A DNA stretch of 64,000 nucleotides, from the IMG/VR virus record IMGVR_UViG_3300042892_000699; one strand, given 5' to 3'. How positions within the stretch are numbered: the first letter of the stretch is position 1; each line of letters begins with the position of its first letter. Shown in pieces: positions 45,500 to 56,000 of the stretch. Below the pieces are notes generated by a model. It did not search any database. It was not told where the DNA came from and worked only from the letters and a program-made list of their open reading frames with translations. The position numbers and the translations under genes are program-made. This DNA is from a virus. Taxonomy: Duplodnaviria; Caudoviricetes.

Positions 45500-47200
45500 A
45501 TGAGCTGGAAAAAATACTTCACCCCTGTTAATGCTTCAGGAACCCTAAGTCCTATTAGTGGTGCTCGCGGCTCTGATATGTCCAATCCTACACATAGGAA
45601 TTATTCGAGTTTCTTACCTGATGTTTATTCTGGACATCCAAATCGTTTAGAACGATACGGTCAGTATGATACTATGGATGCAGACAGCGAAGTTAATGCC
45701 GCCTTGGATATTTTAGCAGAATTCTGTACACAGCAAAACGAAGAAAATGGAACACCATTTCGTGTGTTCTTCAAAGAACAAGCAACATCGACTGAAGTAA
45801 AAGTTATTAGAAAACTCATGCAACAGTGGACTAAACTAAACAAATTTCAAACAAGAATGTTTAAGATTGTTCGCAACAGTTTCAAATACGGTGATGTTTT
45901 CTTCGTACGTGATCCGGAAACACAAGCATGGATGTATATCGATCCATCTAAAGTTGATAAGATTATTGTTAACGAATCAGAAGGCAAAAAGCCAGAACAA
46001 TATATTATCCGTGACTTCAACCCAAACTTAGAAACACTGTCAACAACTGCTATTAGTCCTACTAACATTACAGGCGGCGGTACACATTATAATAACAATT
46101 CCGGAACAGGCATGAGTCGTGGAATGACTGGTAGTTTTCCTAATACTACTGGAGGAAGTCGATTTCAACAGAATGAAAATCAATATGCAATAGATGCAAA
46201 CCATGTGATTCATATTAGCATGAGCGAAGGAATGGATAACAATCATCCATTTGGAAACAGTTTGTTAGAATCAATTTTTAAAGTTTACAAGCAGAAAGAA
46301 TTGCTTGAAGATGCTATCATTATCTATCGTATTCAACGTGCTCCAGAACGCCGTGTATTCTATATTGACGTAGGTAATATGCCAAGCCACTTGGCTATGG
46401 GCTTTGTTGAGCGAGTTAAAAATGAAGTAAATCAAAGACGCATTCCAAGCGTTACTGGCGGAAGTCAAAGTGTTATTGATGCCGGATATAATCCTTTATC
46501 TATCAACGAAGATTACTTCTTTCCACAGACAGCTGAAGGTCGAGGCAGTAAAGTTGAAGTACTACCAGGCGGTACTAACCTAGGAGAGATTGATGATCTT
46601 AAATATTTTACTAATAAGTTGTTTAGGGCTTTACGCATTCCTAGCAGTTATCTACCTACTGGTTCCGACGACGGAGGATCTAACTTTAATGATGGTCGAG
46701 TTGGAACAGCCTATATACAAGAGTTACGATTTAACAAATACTGCGAACGACTACAAAGTTTAATGAATGAACATTTTGATACAGAATTTAAACTGTATCT
46801 GCATAACAAAGGCATCAATGTAGACAGTAATATATTTGAAGTTAAGTTCAACCCTCCACAAAACTTTGCTGCTTATCGTCAAACAGAAATGGATACTGCT
46901 CGTGTAACTACATACGGAGCAGTATCTGCAATCCCCCATTTAAGCAAGAGATTTGCTATGAAGAGATTCTTAGGTCTAACGGCAGAAGAGATGGCGGAAA
47001 ACGAAACAATGTGGCGAGAAGAAAACGTAGACGAAGATACTGCACTACCTGCAAATGCTGAATTACGAGGAGTCGGTGTTACTGCAAATGGAATGAGTGC
47101 TGATATGAGTGCTATTTCTGGTGCAACAACACCTCCTCCTGAAGCAATGCCAGGCGAAGAAACAGCGCCCGCTCCTGGAACAACGCCACCGGCAGCATAA
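45500..47200 (+). CDS. gp20: Portal protein (T4 gp20-like)
   Basis: LLEDAIIIYRIQRAPERRVFYIDVGNMP; EDYFFP...GRGSKVEVLPGG.NLGEIDD.KYF. Confidence 0.95.
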   Translation: MSWKKYFTPVNASGTLSPISGARGSDMSNPTHRNYSSFLPDVYSGHPNRLERYGQYDTMDADSEVNAALDILAEFCTQQNEENGTPFRVFFKEQATSTEVKVIRKLMQQWTKLNKFQTRMFKIVRNSFKYGDVFFVRDPETQAWMYIDPSKVDKIIVNESEGKKPEQYIIRDFNPNLETLSTTAISPTNITGGGTHYNNNSGTGMSRGMTGSFPNTTGGSRFQQNENQYAIDANHVIHISMSEGMDNNHPFGNSLLESIFKVYKQKELLEDAIIIYRIQRAPERRVFYIDVGNMPSHLAMGFVERVKNEVNQRRIPSVTGGSQSVIDAGYNPLSINEDYFFPQTAEGRGSKVEVLPGGTNLGEIDDLKYFTNKLFRALRIPSSYLPTGSDDGGSNFNDGRVGTAYIQELRFNKYCERLQSLMNEHFDTEFKLYLHNKGINVDSNIFEVKFNPPQNFAAYRQTEMDTARVTTYGAVSAIPHLSKRFAMKRFLGLTAEEMAENETMWREENVDEDTALPANAELRGVGVTANGMSADMSAISGATTPPPEAMPGEETAPAPGTTPPAA

Positions 47201-47203
47201 ATA
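47196..47203 (+). promoter_or_regulatory. Late promoter-like CATAAATA
   Basis: Motif ends 5 nt before the ATG at 47209. Confidence 0.5.
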
Positions 47204-47208
47204 TTGAT

Positions 47209-47454
47209 ATGATATTACGAGAGTTCATCTATTTTAATAAAGACCATGCAGAAATGGTAGACGATCTTCGATACAATTCGAAGAATGATACCTCAGTGCT
47301 GGGTGCCGGCGACTTGCGTAAAACAAGATTAACATTAAAAATGATTAATTCTTTACGTAAAGCAGGTGATGCAAGAGATCAAGAAAAGAAAGAAGAGTTG
47401 GCATTAGTGCGTAAAATGTATGCTGCACCTCCTCCCGATGCTGCTGCTCAGTAA
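47209..47454 (+). CDS. Small hypothetical head-module protein
   Basis: 81 aa, between the portal and prohead core genes. Confidence 0.65.
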   Translation: MILREFIYFNKDHAEMVDDLRYNSKNDTSVLGAGDLRKTRLTLKMINSLRKAGDARDQEKKEELALVRKMYAAPPPDAAAQ

Positions 47455-47637
47455 TACTACAAGATAATATTTTGCAACTAGAGTTAAATATTTTAGTAAA
47501 AATTGTTAAATCTCACTGAATTTTTCCTTTTTAGGTCAAGAACTGACGTTTTTAGGCCTATTTCGTGCACCTTTAATTAACCTTAGTTAAATAACAACAC
47601 AAAGCCTTGCCGCGAAACTAATATAGGAGATAACCGC

Positions 47638-48648
47638 ATGTCTAAGTTTGAACAACTATTAGACTTAATCGTCAATGAAGAAATGGATAAAGCTAACGAG
47701 CTATTCCATGAGATCGTTGTTGAAAAGTCAAGAGATATCTATGAGAATTTAATTGCTGAAGAAGCAGAAGAAAATGCCGACGTTGAAGAAGGTATGGACG
47801 ACGATACCGACGTTGAAGAAGGTATGGACGACGATACCGACGTTGAAGAAGGTATGGACGACGATAATACTGATGAATCTGTTGATCTAGAAGACAGCTA
47901 CAGCATGGAAGCAGATGATGAAGAAGGTATGCCAGGTGAAGAAGAAACTGGTGACTTTGGTGCAGACATCGGTGCTACCGACGACGAAATGGACGGAGCC
48001 AAAGGTGGTGGAGAAGACAGCGCAATTTTTGACATCAAGAATGCGATTGCTGATCTAGAAGCTGCATTTGCTGAACTTGAAGCATCCCAAGGTGGAGACA
48101 TGGGCGGCGACGAGTTTGATGACGAAGGTGGAATGGACGACATGGGCGGAGAAGAAGAGCCTATGAAGATGGGATTCCAAGAAGGCCGTCGTATGACACG
48201 TGAGTACACTGAGAAAGTTGGAAACGACTGGGAAAAGAACAGCCAGAAAGCACAAGGTCAATACCTAGGTGCAGGTACTGGTGAGAAGGATGGCGCACCT
48301 GTTGAAGGTCGTAGCCCAATCAGTTCTGGTGCCGGCAAGCCAGTTGGTGGTAAGAATGTTGGCGCAGGCAATATTGTCCGCGGTGATACAGAAGGCCAAA
48401 GCAACACAGGCGATCGTCCAGCTAAAGTAAACAAAGGTATCAATCCTGAGTCAAGCGAAAAGTTTGCCAAAGGTATCCACAATGTTGACGGTGCAAAGAG
48501 TGGTGTTAAGACACTAAGCAACGTTAAAGGTGGCCACGGTGCTGAGAAGAAAGGTGCAGGTCCTGGACCAGTTGGTTCTGGAACAGGCGACAAAGCTGGT
48601 CAAACTAGCGTTCCTAGCATTAAGCAATTCTTAAAGCCGGCAAACTAA
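47638..48648 (+). CDS. Highly acidic prohead core/scaffold-like protein
   Basis: Asp/Glu-rich N-terminal half and Gly/Lys-rich C-terminal half. Upstream of gp21. AGGAG RBS. Confidence 0.65.
   Translation: MSKFEQLLDLIVNEEMDKANELFHEIVVEKSRDIYENLIAEEAEENADVEEGMDDDTDVEEGMDDDTDVEEGMDDDNTDESVDLEDSYSMEADDEEGMPGEEETGDFGADIGATDDEMDGAKGGGEDSAIFDIKNAIADLEAAFAELEASQGGDMGGDEFDDEGGMDDMGGEEEPMKMGFQEGRRMTREYTEKVGNDWEKNSQKAQGQYLGAGTGEKDGAPVEGRSPISSGAGKPVGGKNVGAGNIVRGDTEGQSNTGDRPAKVNKGINPESSEKFAKGIHNVDGAKSGVKTLSNVKGGHGAEKKGAGPGPVGSGTGDKAGQTSVPSIKQFLKPAN
47777..47866 (+). repeat. Three perfect 30-bp tandem repeats (DVEEGMDDD(T/N))
   Basis: CCGACGTTGAAGAAGGTATGGACGACGATA x3. Confidence 0.95.
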
Positions 48649-48661
48649 TTAGAGAACCTGG

Positions 48662-49291
48662 ATGAAACATTCTTATCTAAGAGAACACCTAAGTTTTGAT
48701 CAGTCTGGCATCGTATTAGAGTCAGACGACAAGGACGGCAAGAACCTTCATTTAAAGGGTATTGCCATTCAAGGTGGTATTCGCAACGCTAATCAACGAG
48801 TTTACCCTGTAGACGAAATTGAACGTGCTGTGAAAACATTGAACGATCAGATTCAGAATGGTTATTCTGTCTTAGGTGAAGTAGACCACCCAGATGATTT
48901 AAAAGTGAATTTGGACCGTGTCAGCCACATGATAACCAACATGTGGATGGAAGGTCCTAACGGTTATGGCAAGTTTAAAATCTTGCCGACACCGATGGGC
49001 AACTTAATTCGTACAATGCTCGAAGCAGGTGTAAAACTTGGCGTCAGCTCTAGAGGCAGCGGAAACGTTGATGACATGAGCGGTAAAGTTTCCGACTTTG
49101 AAATCATTACCGTTGACATAGTTGCACAACCAAGCGCACCTGGTGCTTACCCTACGCCTGTGTACGAGCATTTAATGAATGCACGTGGCGGAATGAAGGC
49201 ATTTAAAGTTGCACAAGAAGTAAAAGAAGATCCAAAGGCCCAGAAATATTTGCAAGAGTCTCTCATGCAAATTATTAAAGGTCTAAAATAA
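48662..49291 (+). CDS. gp21: Prohead protease (T4 gp21-like)
   Basis: NANQRVYP, LGEVDHP, VSHMIT, LGVSSRGSG, TVDIVAQPSAPGAYP. Confidence 0.95.
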   Translation: MKHSYLREHLSFDQSGIVLESDDKDGKNLHLKGIAIQGGIRNANQRVYPVDEIERAVKTLNDQIQNGYSVLGEVDHPDDLKVNLDRVSHMITNMWMEGPNGYGKFKILPTPMGNLIRTMLEAGVKLGVSSRGSGNVDDMSGKVSDFEIITVDIVAQPSAPGAYPTPVYEHLMNARGGMKAFKVAQEVKEDPKAQKYLQESLMQIIKGLK

Positions 49292-49307
49292 GCCCGAGGA
49301 GAAATAG

Positions 49308-50396
49308 ATGTTGGACGCATTCAAACAATTGGTAGAGTCAGGTGTAATGTCAGAAGATGTAAAAGTCGCTGTCGAATCTGCCTTTGCTACAAAAATTCAA
49401 GAGAATCGCGACCAAGTGACCGCTGAACTTCGTGAAGAGTTTGCCCAGAAATACAATCATGACAAGAGTGTTATGGTTGAGGCAATCGACAAGATGTTAA
49501 GCGACAGACTGGCCGCAGAAATGGCTGAGTTGCACAATGACAAGAAAGCACTAGCTGAAGCAAAAGAAGCATATCGTTCACGTATTGCTGAAGATGCTAA
49601 GAAGTTAGAAAAATTTGTTATTGGTCAATTAGGCAGAGAGTTAGTTGAATTCCAGAGCGATCGTAAGACCGTTTCTGAGAACTTCAGTAAGTTAGAGCAA
49701 TTTGTTGTACATGCTCTAGCAAAAGAAATCCAAGAATTTGCATCTGATAAAAAGGACCTAGCTGAAACGAAAGTTAAGTTAGTTCGTGAAGCTAAGAGCA
49801 AGTTTGATGATATCAAACAAGCATTTATTCAACGTTCCGCAAAAGTTGTCGAAGCAACTGTTACTAAGAAACTTACAAGTGAGATTACTCAGTTGAAAGA
49901 AGATATTGACAGCGCCCGCAGCAATGATTTTGGACGTAAAATTTATGAAGCGTTTGCGCAAGAGTTTGCAGGTTCCTACCTAAACGAAAAATCTGAAACA
50001 AGTAAATTGTTAAAGATTATTTCTAAGAAAGAACAAGAACTAGCAGAAGCAAAACAAACCGTAGCAGAAAAAAACAATCTAGTAGAATCTACGCAACGCG
50101 AAATTCGTGTTACAAAAGATCTAATGGAACGTAAAAATGTTATGGCTGAATTGCTATCGCCATTAAGTGGCGAAAAAAGAGTGGTAATGCAAGACTTGTT
50201 AGAATCTGTACAAACACAGAAACTGCATAATGCATTTGAGAAATACCTACCCGCAGTAATGGAAGGCGCAAAGAAAGTAGCACTTAAAAAAGCACTAACT
50301 GAAAGCTCAGAAGTAACTGGTAACCGTGAAAGCAAGCCAGTGGTAGGCTTAGATAACATATTAGATATCCGCAAGTTAGCGGGTCTATCGAAATAA
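49308..50396 (+). CDS. gp22: Prohead scaffolding protein (T4 gp22-like)
   Basis: Coiled-coil protein between gp21 and gp23. Confidence 0.8.
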   Translation: MLDAFKQLVESGVMSEDVKVAVESAFATKIQENRDQVTAELREEFAQKYNHDKSVMVEAIDKMLSDRLAAEMAELHNDKKALAEAKEAYRSRIAEDAKKLEKFVIGQLGRELVEFQSDRKTVSENFSKLEQFVVHALAKEIQEFASDKKDLAETKVKLVREAKSKFDDIKQAFIQRSAKVVEATVTKKLTSEITQLKEDIDSARSNDFGRKIYEAFAQEFAGSYLNEKSETSKLLKIISKKEQELAEAKQTVAEKNNLVESTQREIRVTKDLMERKNVMAELLSPLSGEKRVVMQDLLESVQTQKLHNAFEKYLPAVMEGAKKVALKKALTESSEVTGNRESKPVVGLDNILDIRKLAGLSK

Positions 50397-50419
50397 TTAT
50401 ATTCAAGGAGACAAATTAA

Positions 50420-51601
50420 ATGTCACAATTATTAAATGAAAGATGGTCAGAGACCAAAGAAGCTCTGCTTGAAGGCCTAACCGGTAACCGTAAGTCTTCT
50501 ATGGCAGTTTGCTTAGAGAATACTCGTCGTTATTTAGGTGAGTCTGCAACAGCAGGTGCTACAAGCACAGGTAACATTGCTACCCTGAACCGTGTTATTC
50601 TTCCAGTAATTCGTCGTGTTATGCCGACAGTTATTGCAAACGAAATCATCGGCGTTCAGCCAATGACAGGCCCAGTTGCACAGATCCATACTCTACGTGT
50701 CCGCTATGCAGACGGCGTTTCTGGTGGTGATGTTGTAACAGCAGGTGAAGAAGCACTAAGCCCATTCAAGATCGCTCAAGCGTATTCTGGTAATAATGCT
50801 TCTAACGGTGGTGCAGCAGTAACATCCGCCCTAGAAGGTACTCCAGGTAAGCGTATGAGCATTCAGATCTTGAAGAGCCCAGTTGAAGCTAAGTCTCGTA
50901 AACTAAGCGCTCGCTGGACTTTTGAAGCTGCTCAAGATGCACAAGCTCAACAAGGCATTGACATCGAAGCAGAAATCATGGCTGCTCTAGCACAAGAAAT
51001 CACAGCTGAAATTGACCAAGAGATTCTAACAAGTCTACGTTCTTTGGCTAGTGTTGAAGAAACATATGACCAGGCTTTAGTTTCTGGTACAGCTACATTC
51101 GTCGGTGACGAGCACGCTGCACTAGCTATCCAGATCAACCGCGTAAGCAACTTGATTGCTCAGCGTACACGTCGTGGTAGCGCAAACTGGGCAGTTGTAA
51201 GCAACCAAGCTCTAACGATCCTACAAAGTGCTACAACTTCTGCTTTTGCTCGTACTACAGAAGGTACATTCGAAGCTCCGACAAACACTAAGTTCGTTGG
51301 TACATTGAACGGTGCTATGCGTGTTTATGTTGACGCATACAAGTCTGACACAGACGACAACAATCAGATCCTAGTTGGATACAAAGGTACAAGCGAAGCA
51401 GATGCTGCTGCGTTCTATTGCCCATACATTCCTCTAATGAGCTCTGGTGTTGTTCTTGACCCAGCAACATTTGAGCCAGTAGTTGGCTTCATGACACGTT
51501 ACGGCTATGTTGAGTTGACAAACACAGCATCTAGCTTAGGTAACGCTGCTGACTACCTAGGTAAAGTTGCTATCACTAGCGCAAACGTAAGCTTCAAGTA
51601 A
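50420..51601 (+). CDS. gp23: Major capsid protein (T4 gp23-like)
   Basis: IIGVQPMTGPVAQI, KSRKLSARWTFEAAQDAQAQQGIDIEAE, FYCPYIPL, FMTRYG. Confidence 0.96.
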   Translation: MSQLLNERWSETKEALLEGLTGNRKSSMAVCLENTRRYLGESATAGATSTGNIATLNRVILPVIRRVMPTVIANEIIGVQPMTGPVAQIHTLRVRYADGVSGGDVVTAGEEALSPFKIAQAYSGNNASNGGAAVTSALEGTPGKRMSIQILKSPVEAKSRKLSARWTFEAAQDAQAQQGIDIEAEIMAALAQEITAEIDQEILTSLRSLASVEETYDQALVSGTATFVGDEHAALAIQINRVSNLIAQRTRRGSANWAVVSNQALTILQSATTSAFARTTEGTFEAPTNTKFVGTLNGAMRVYVDAYKSDTDDNNQILVGYKGTSEADAAAFYCPYIPLMSSGVVLDPATFEPVVGFMTRYGYVELTNTASSLGNAADYLGKVAITSANVSFK

Positions 51602-51628
51602 TCCGTTACTTGGTCTTATAACCACAAC

Positions 51629-51651
51629 AAACCCGCTTCGGCGGGTTTTTT
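51629..51651 (+). terminator. Rho-independent terminator after gp23
   Basis: CCCGC-TTCG-GCGGG followed by TTTTTT. Confidence 0.9.
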
Positions 51652-51662
51652 GTTGACTATCC

Positions 51663-51670
51663 AATAAATA
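51663..51670 (+). promoter_or_regulatory. Late promoter-like AATAAATA
   Basis: Follows the terminator and precedes a structured leader and ORF 51749. Confidence 0.55.
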
Positions 51671-51748
51671 ACATTGTTCGCCCTTACGGGTTTTATGCGG
51701 TACCATCCGCGTAGATCATAGAACGATCTTAACATAAGGAGAAATAAA

Positions 51749-52435
51749 ATGGGACGTCCGATTAAAGAAAAGTTTTTTGGTAATACAAACAGCCCTTACT
51801 CTAACCAAGCACAAGGTGGAGTAACTGGCGTAGGTGGTGAAGGTGTTACAACTGTTGCACTAAACAACACAGGCACATTGTACACCACAAGTACAACACT
51901 AGGTGCAACATTTAGCGCACCTAATATTCCAGGCGGTGTTGCAGGAACTGCACAAGTTACAACAAACGCACTAGGAAATATTGCTTCTGTTACACTTGTA
52001 TCAGCAGGTACAGGTTACACCAGCGCACCAACTCTAGCAGTCACTGGCGGAACAACTGGCACACTTGCAACATTTACCGTTGCATTAACTTCTAATAGAC
52101 AAAATGCTATCAAAGGCGAAGCGTTTATCACAGGTGGATCTCAAAAGGCATTTGATATCAAGAAGCAAGAAGCTAGCAAGCGTTATCTAGTTCAAACCGC
52201 TGACGGTCAAGGTCAGTGCAAGTTAGTAACAACTGCTACACTAGCCGCAAAAGAAATGAATATTGTTGCTACTGACTGGAATGGCAGTACATACTGGGTT
52301 AGAAAACTAACTGCACGTAGAGCAGTTCTAGTTCAGTCTACTGCATCTGGTAGTTTCTTAATTACTAACGGTGCATCTACTGGATGGACATTAGGTTCTT
52401 CAACAGGAACTATTGTTACTATTGGCAACAACTAA
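51749..52435 (+). CDS. Virion structural protein (hypothetical)
   Basis: Strong AAGGAG RBS, own promoter and terminator, Thr/Gly-rich with a SAGTGYTSAPT repeat. Confidence 0.7.
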   Translation: MGRPIKEKFFGNTNSPYSNQAQGGVTGVGGEGVTTVALNNTGTLYTTSTTLGATFSAPNIPGGVAGTAQVTTNALGNIASVTLVSAGTGYTSAPTLAVTGGTTGTLATFTVALTSNRQNAIKGEAFITGGSQKAFDIKKQEASKRYLVQTADGQGQCKLVTTATLAAKEMNIVATDWNGSTYWVRKLTARRAVLVQSTASGSFLITNGASTGWTLGSSTGTIVTIGNN

Positions 52436-52456
52436 ACACTTAATATAGTGTTATCT

Positions 52457-52485
52457 AATAGGGGGTTTATGCCCCCTATTCTTTT
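52457..52485 (+). terminator. Rho-independent terminator
   Basis: AATAGGGGG-tttatg-CCCCCTATT followed by CTTTT. Confidence 0.75.
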
Positions 52486-52502
52486 ATATGGTAAATAAGA
52501 GT

Positions 52503-53027
52503 ATGACGTCAAATTGGGCCCTACCAACCAACATTATTCAATACTCAGAAGAAGGTGCAGAAGATGCACACATTCCTTGGCTTGAGGTTAATAACTTTAG
52601 CAGTTTAAAGAATTTAGATGGAAGATCAATTAAAACATCAAGAGACTTGTTGCATATTGCTAGAGATCCTAGACATAACATTAAAGAAAAAACTTATTTC
52701 TTAACAGTCACTGGATTTAATTTTATTGATGTTCCAGATATTATATTAGGGATTGAAGTAAAAGTAACTTCGAATAGATACGGTAGAATTACTGACGAGA
52801 CAATACAACTAACACTAAACGATAATATAATTGGAGATAATCAAGCGTCTTTGGACCTGAATCCTATTAAAATTTACGGTGGGAAAGATAATCTATGGAA
52901 CACAAATTTAACAACTGCCGGAATACTCAATACAACCTTTGGAGTAGTTTTACGTTTTCAAAGCCATCCTCGTTGGCCCCACAAGAGCGGCATGATGTTG
53001 GACTCTGTGGAAGTAAGAGTTTACTAA
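52503..53027 (+). CDS. Hypothetical protein
   Basis: In-frame ATG at 52503 lies 5 nt after GTAAATA (52491-52497). The ORF track start at 52488 overlaps that motif. Confidence 0.6.
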   Translation: MTSNWALPTNIIQYSEEGAEDAHIPWLEVNNFSSLKNLDGRSIKTSRDLLHIARDPRHNIKEKTYFLTVTGFNFIDVPDIILGIEVKVTSNRYGRITDETIQLTLNDNIIGDNQASLDLNPIKIYGGKDNLWNTNLTTAGILNTTFGVVLRFQSHPRWPHKSGMMLDSVEVRVY

Positions 53028-53055
53028 AAAAATAAATACATCTGAGGATCTATAA

Positions 53056-56000
53056 ATGGCAATCAGCACAAACGTATTAAACTTACCAGGCAATTATATA
53101 ATTAGGGCCGTCAATGGTACTGTTACTATTGACACTATTCGAACTAGAGTTACTCAGGTCTTGCAGGTCGACGGTGACACATTTTTAAATAGTGACACTA
53201 CTATTGGTAATTCATCATCTGACACAATTGATACAGTTGGTCGATTTATTAACGACCTAATACCTCAAAGTTCCTATACAGTTAATATTGGAACATCAAC
53301 AAATATTTGGAATTCAGCCCACGTAGGAAGATTTGTTCAGTATGGTACTGGATCTGCGTATCTAAATATTATCAATAATACTGAAAACGTTTGGAATCCT
53401 TATACTGATTTTGGTCCAGCAGGTAGACCTTACGATCCTGGAAATATATACGGAACTGAAGAACAACGCCGACAAGGTGCAGTGTATGTAGCCGGTGGTG
53501 TTGGTATTGAAAAAGATTTAAACGTCGGAGGTTTTATTTATGGACGAGTTGAAACAGCCGTTACAACTACCTTTGTTACATTTACTGCAACAAATGCTGA
53601 TATCGAATTTAATATAGGATTTGTATTACAAGACACTCCAGAAGATTATCAAAGTCCTACATATATTGACTTAGAAGGAATTGTCGACGGTTTAACATAC
53701 AATCCGTCATTGGGTAGAATTAGAACTGATCGCGCATTAATTGCAGAAGGTGATCAATCAACTAGCACAACAACCGGAGCGTTGATTGTTCAAGGTGGTG
53801 TTGGTATTGCTAAAAACGCATACGTTGGTGGAATACTAACCGCCACTGATGTGATGCCTAAAGAAAACGAGACAGGCCAAATTGGTTCTACTGATACGCA
53901 GTGGGCAGAAGCTTACATTCAGGATATCTTTACTCGAGTAATTGCATCTACTACAGGTACTGTTCAAATTAACCCAGCAGCCGGCGTAACAGAAATTATT
54001 GGCGATATTAGAGTTAGGGGACAAAACCCAGTTGGCACTGCACCAGTTGTAACAAACACTCTATATGTAACAATGGACGGCAACGATACTAATGACGGCA
54101 GAGCAATGGATCCGAGTCGTGCATGTAGAACAATTACTGGAGCGGTGAATAGCCCTTACTTCCAGCCAGGCACACAAATTTTAGTTAGTGCAGGATTCTA
54201 CTTAGAAGATAATCCTGTTAGAATGAAGCCTTATACTTCTATCAGAGGGTCTGATATTCGTACAACATTTATTGAGCCTATCAATAAAACTCAAGACTTG
54301 TTCCATGTTGATAGTGGATGCTACATAAACTATTGCACATTCTTAAACGGAAGAAGTGGATTATTACAAGGACCGTACGAAGATCAATACAATCGTGGAG
54401 CATATGCAACAGCTTTCCCTCCGCAAGAAGGCGATAATCGTATTGACATATATCACTCTCCCTATATTCAAAACTGTACTAATCAATCTGGACCATGGTT
54501 AGGTGACGGTACAATGTTTGTACCAAACCAAACTGTTCAAGTACCTGCTAGTGTAGGTATCGGATCTTGGTTAGCTAATACATCAAGTATCATTGTGGAT
54601 ATTTCTCAAGGCTCAGTTGAACGAGGAATGTACGTTAATGCAGGACAACAGAATCCTGGATTCTTTGATGCTAGAACATTAATACTGGCTAACAAACCCT
54701 TCATTCAAGAACAGGTTATTGCATATGTTGATAAAACATTTAACACAGGAACATTTATATATGATCAAGTTAAGTGTGCTCGAGATACAGGTTTAATTGT
54801 AGACTCTATTTCTCAAGATATGTTAGCTGACAGCACCAGTGAAAGTATTTTTGCTGGCTTGCAATATTGGAGACAAACTGAATACGTTGATGCAATCAAT
54901 AGTCAAATAACTGCTACTATTGCAACAATAGAATTTGTTCGTAACTTAGCTGCAAACACTGCAACTAGTGCCGCAAGCGCAACCGAAGGTGCAGTTGTTA
55001 CTAGTAGATTTAACAATATACTAGAAATTTTAAATACTTCTACAGCTACTCTAGTAACTGGAGCATTCTCAGAATGGGTAACTGATAAAATTATTTCTAA
55101 CGGTACTGCTACTAATAGTGTAGGTTACAATGCTGCGTTTGATGCAATACTAGCAGCCAAAAATAGTATTACTGAACAAGCTATTAATAATTTAAATTCA
55201 ACATTAATTGCATTCACATATGATTCTGCTAAGTGTGCTCGAGACACTGGGTTGATTGTTGATTCTGTTGCACAAGATATTTTATTCAACGGCACAAGTC
55301 AAAGTACTTTTGCTGGTTTGCAATACTGGAATCAAAGCGGATACGTCTCAGGCATTGGTAGTCAACTAACAACTACAACAAATGCAATTGAGTATGTTAA
55401 GGAGTTGGCTGCAAAAGTAGTAGTTGGCAATACTAGTGGTACTCGTTATCAAACTAGCATTGCACAAAATACATCTTTGTCTACTGCAACCTCAGCAGAA
55501 TCAACATTGCTCAACGACGACTTTGATGTCATACTAAACATTTTGGATGTAGGTACTGTAGGTGTATCTGATGATATTGTACCAAACGGGTTAGTGCCAA
55601 GTACTAACACAAATGTACTTAAAGCATATAATTTACTACAGGCAAACAAGACATATATTCAGACAGAAGTTATTGCATTCGTTGAAGCCACTAAGACTGT
55701 TGGTTTTGAATATGATCAAGATAAATGTTTTAGAGACACTGGTTATATGTTAGACAGTGTTGCTTTTGATATGTTGTACGGAGGTAATAAACAAGCTATT
55801 CAAAGCGGTGTTTATTATTACGGATTTGATGCCGGCTCTAGTGCAATTGAAGGACAGAGTCCTCAAACTATTGCCGCATATGAATATATCAAACAATTAG
55901 CTCCTAACATTATTCGCGGTATTGCAATCAGTACATCTACTCTATATCAGTCTGCTGAACAGCAGGTATTAGGTTTGAGCGGAACGCCTATTGAAGCCAA

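Noticed and set aside
47777-47866. CRISPR or TIGR-like array
   Set aside because: These are contiguous in-frame coding repeats without spacers, and there are no cas or Nop-domain genes in the window.
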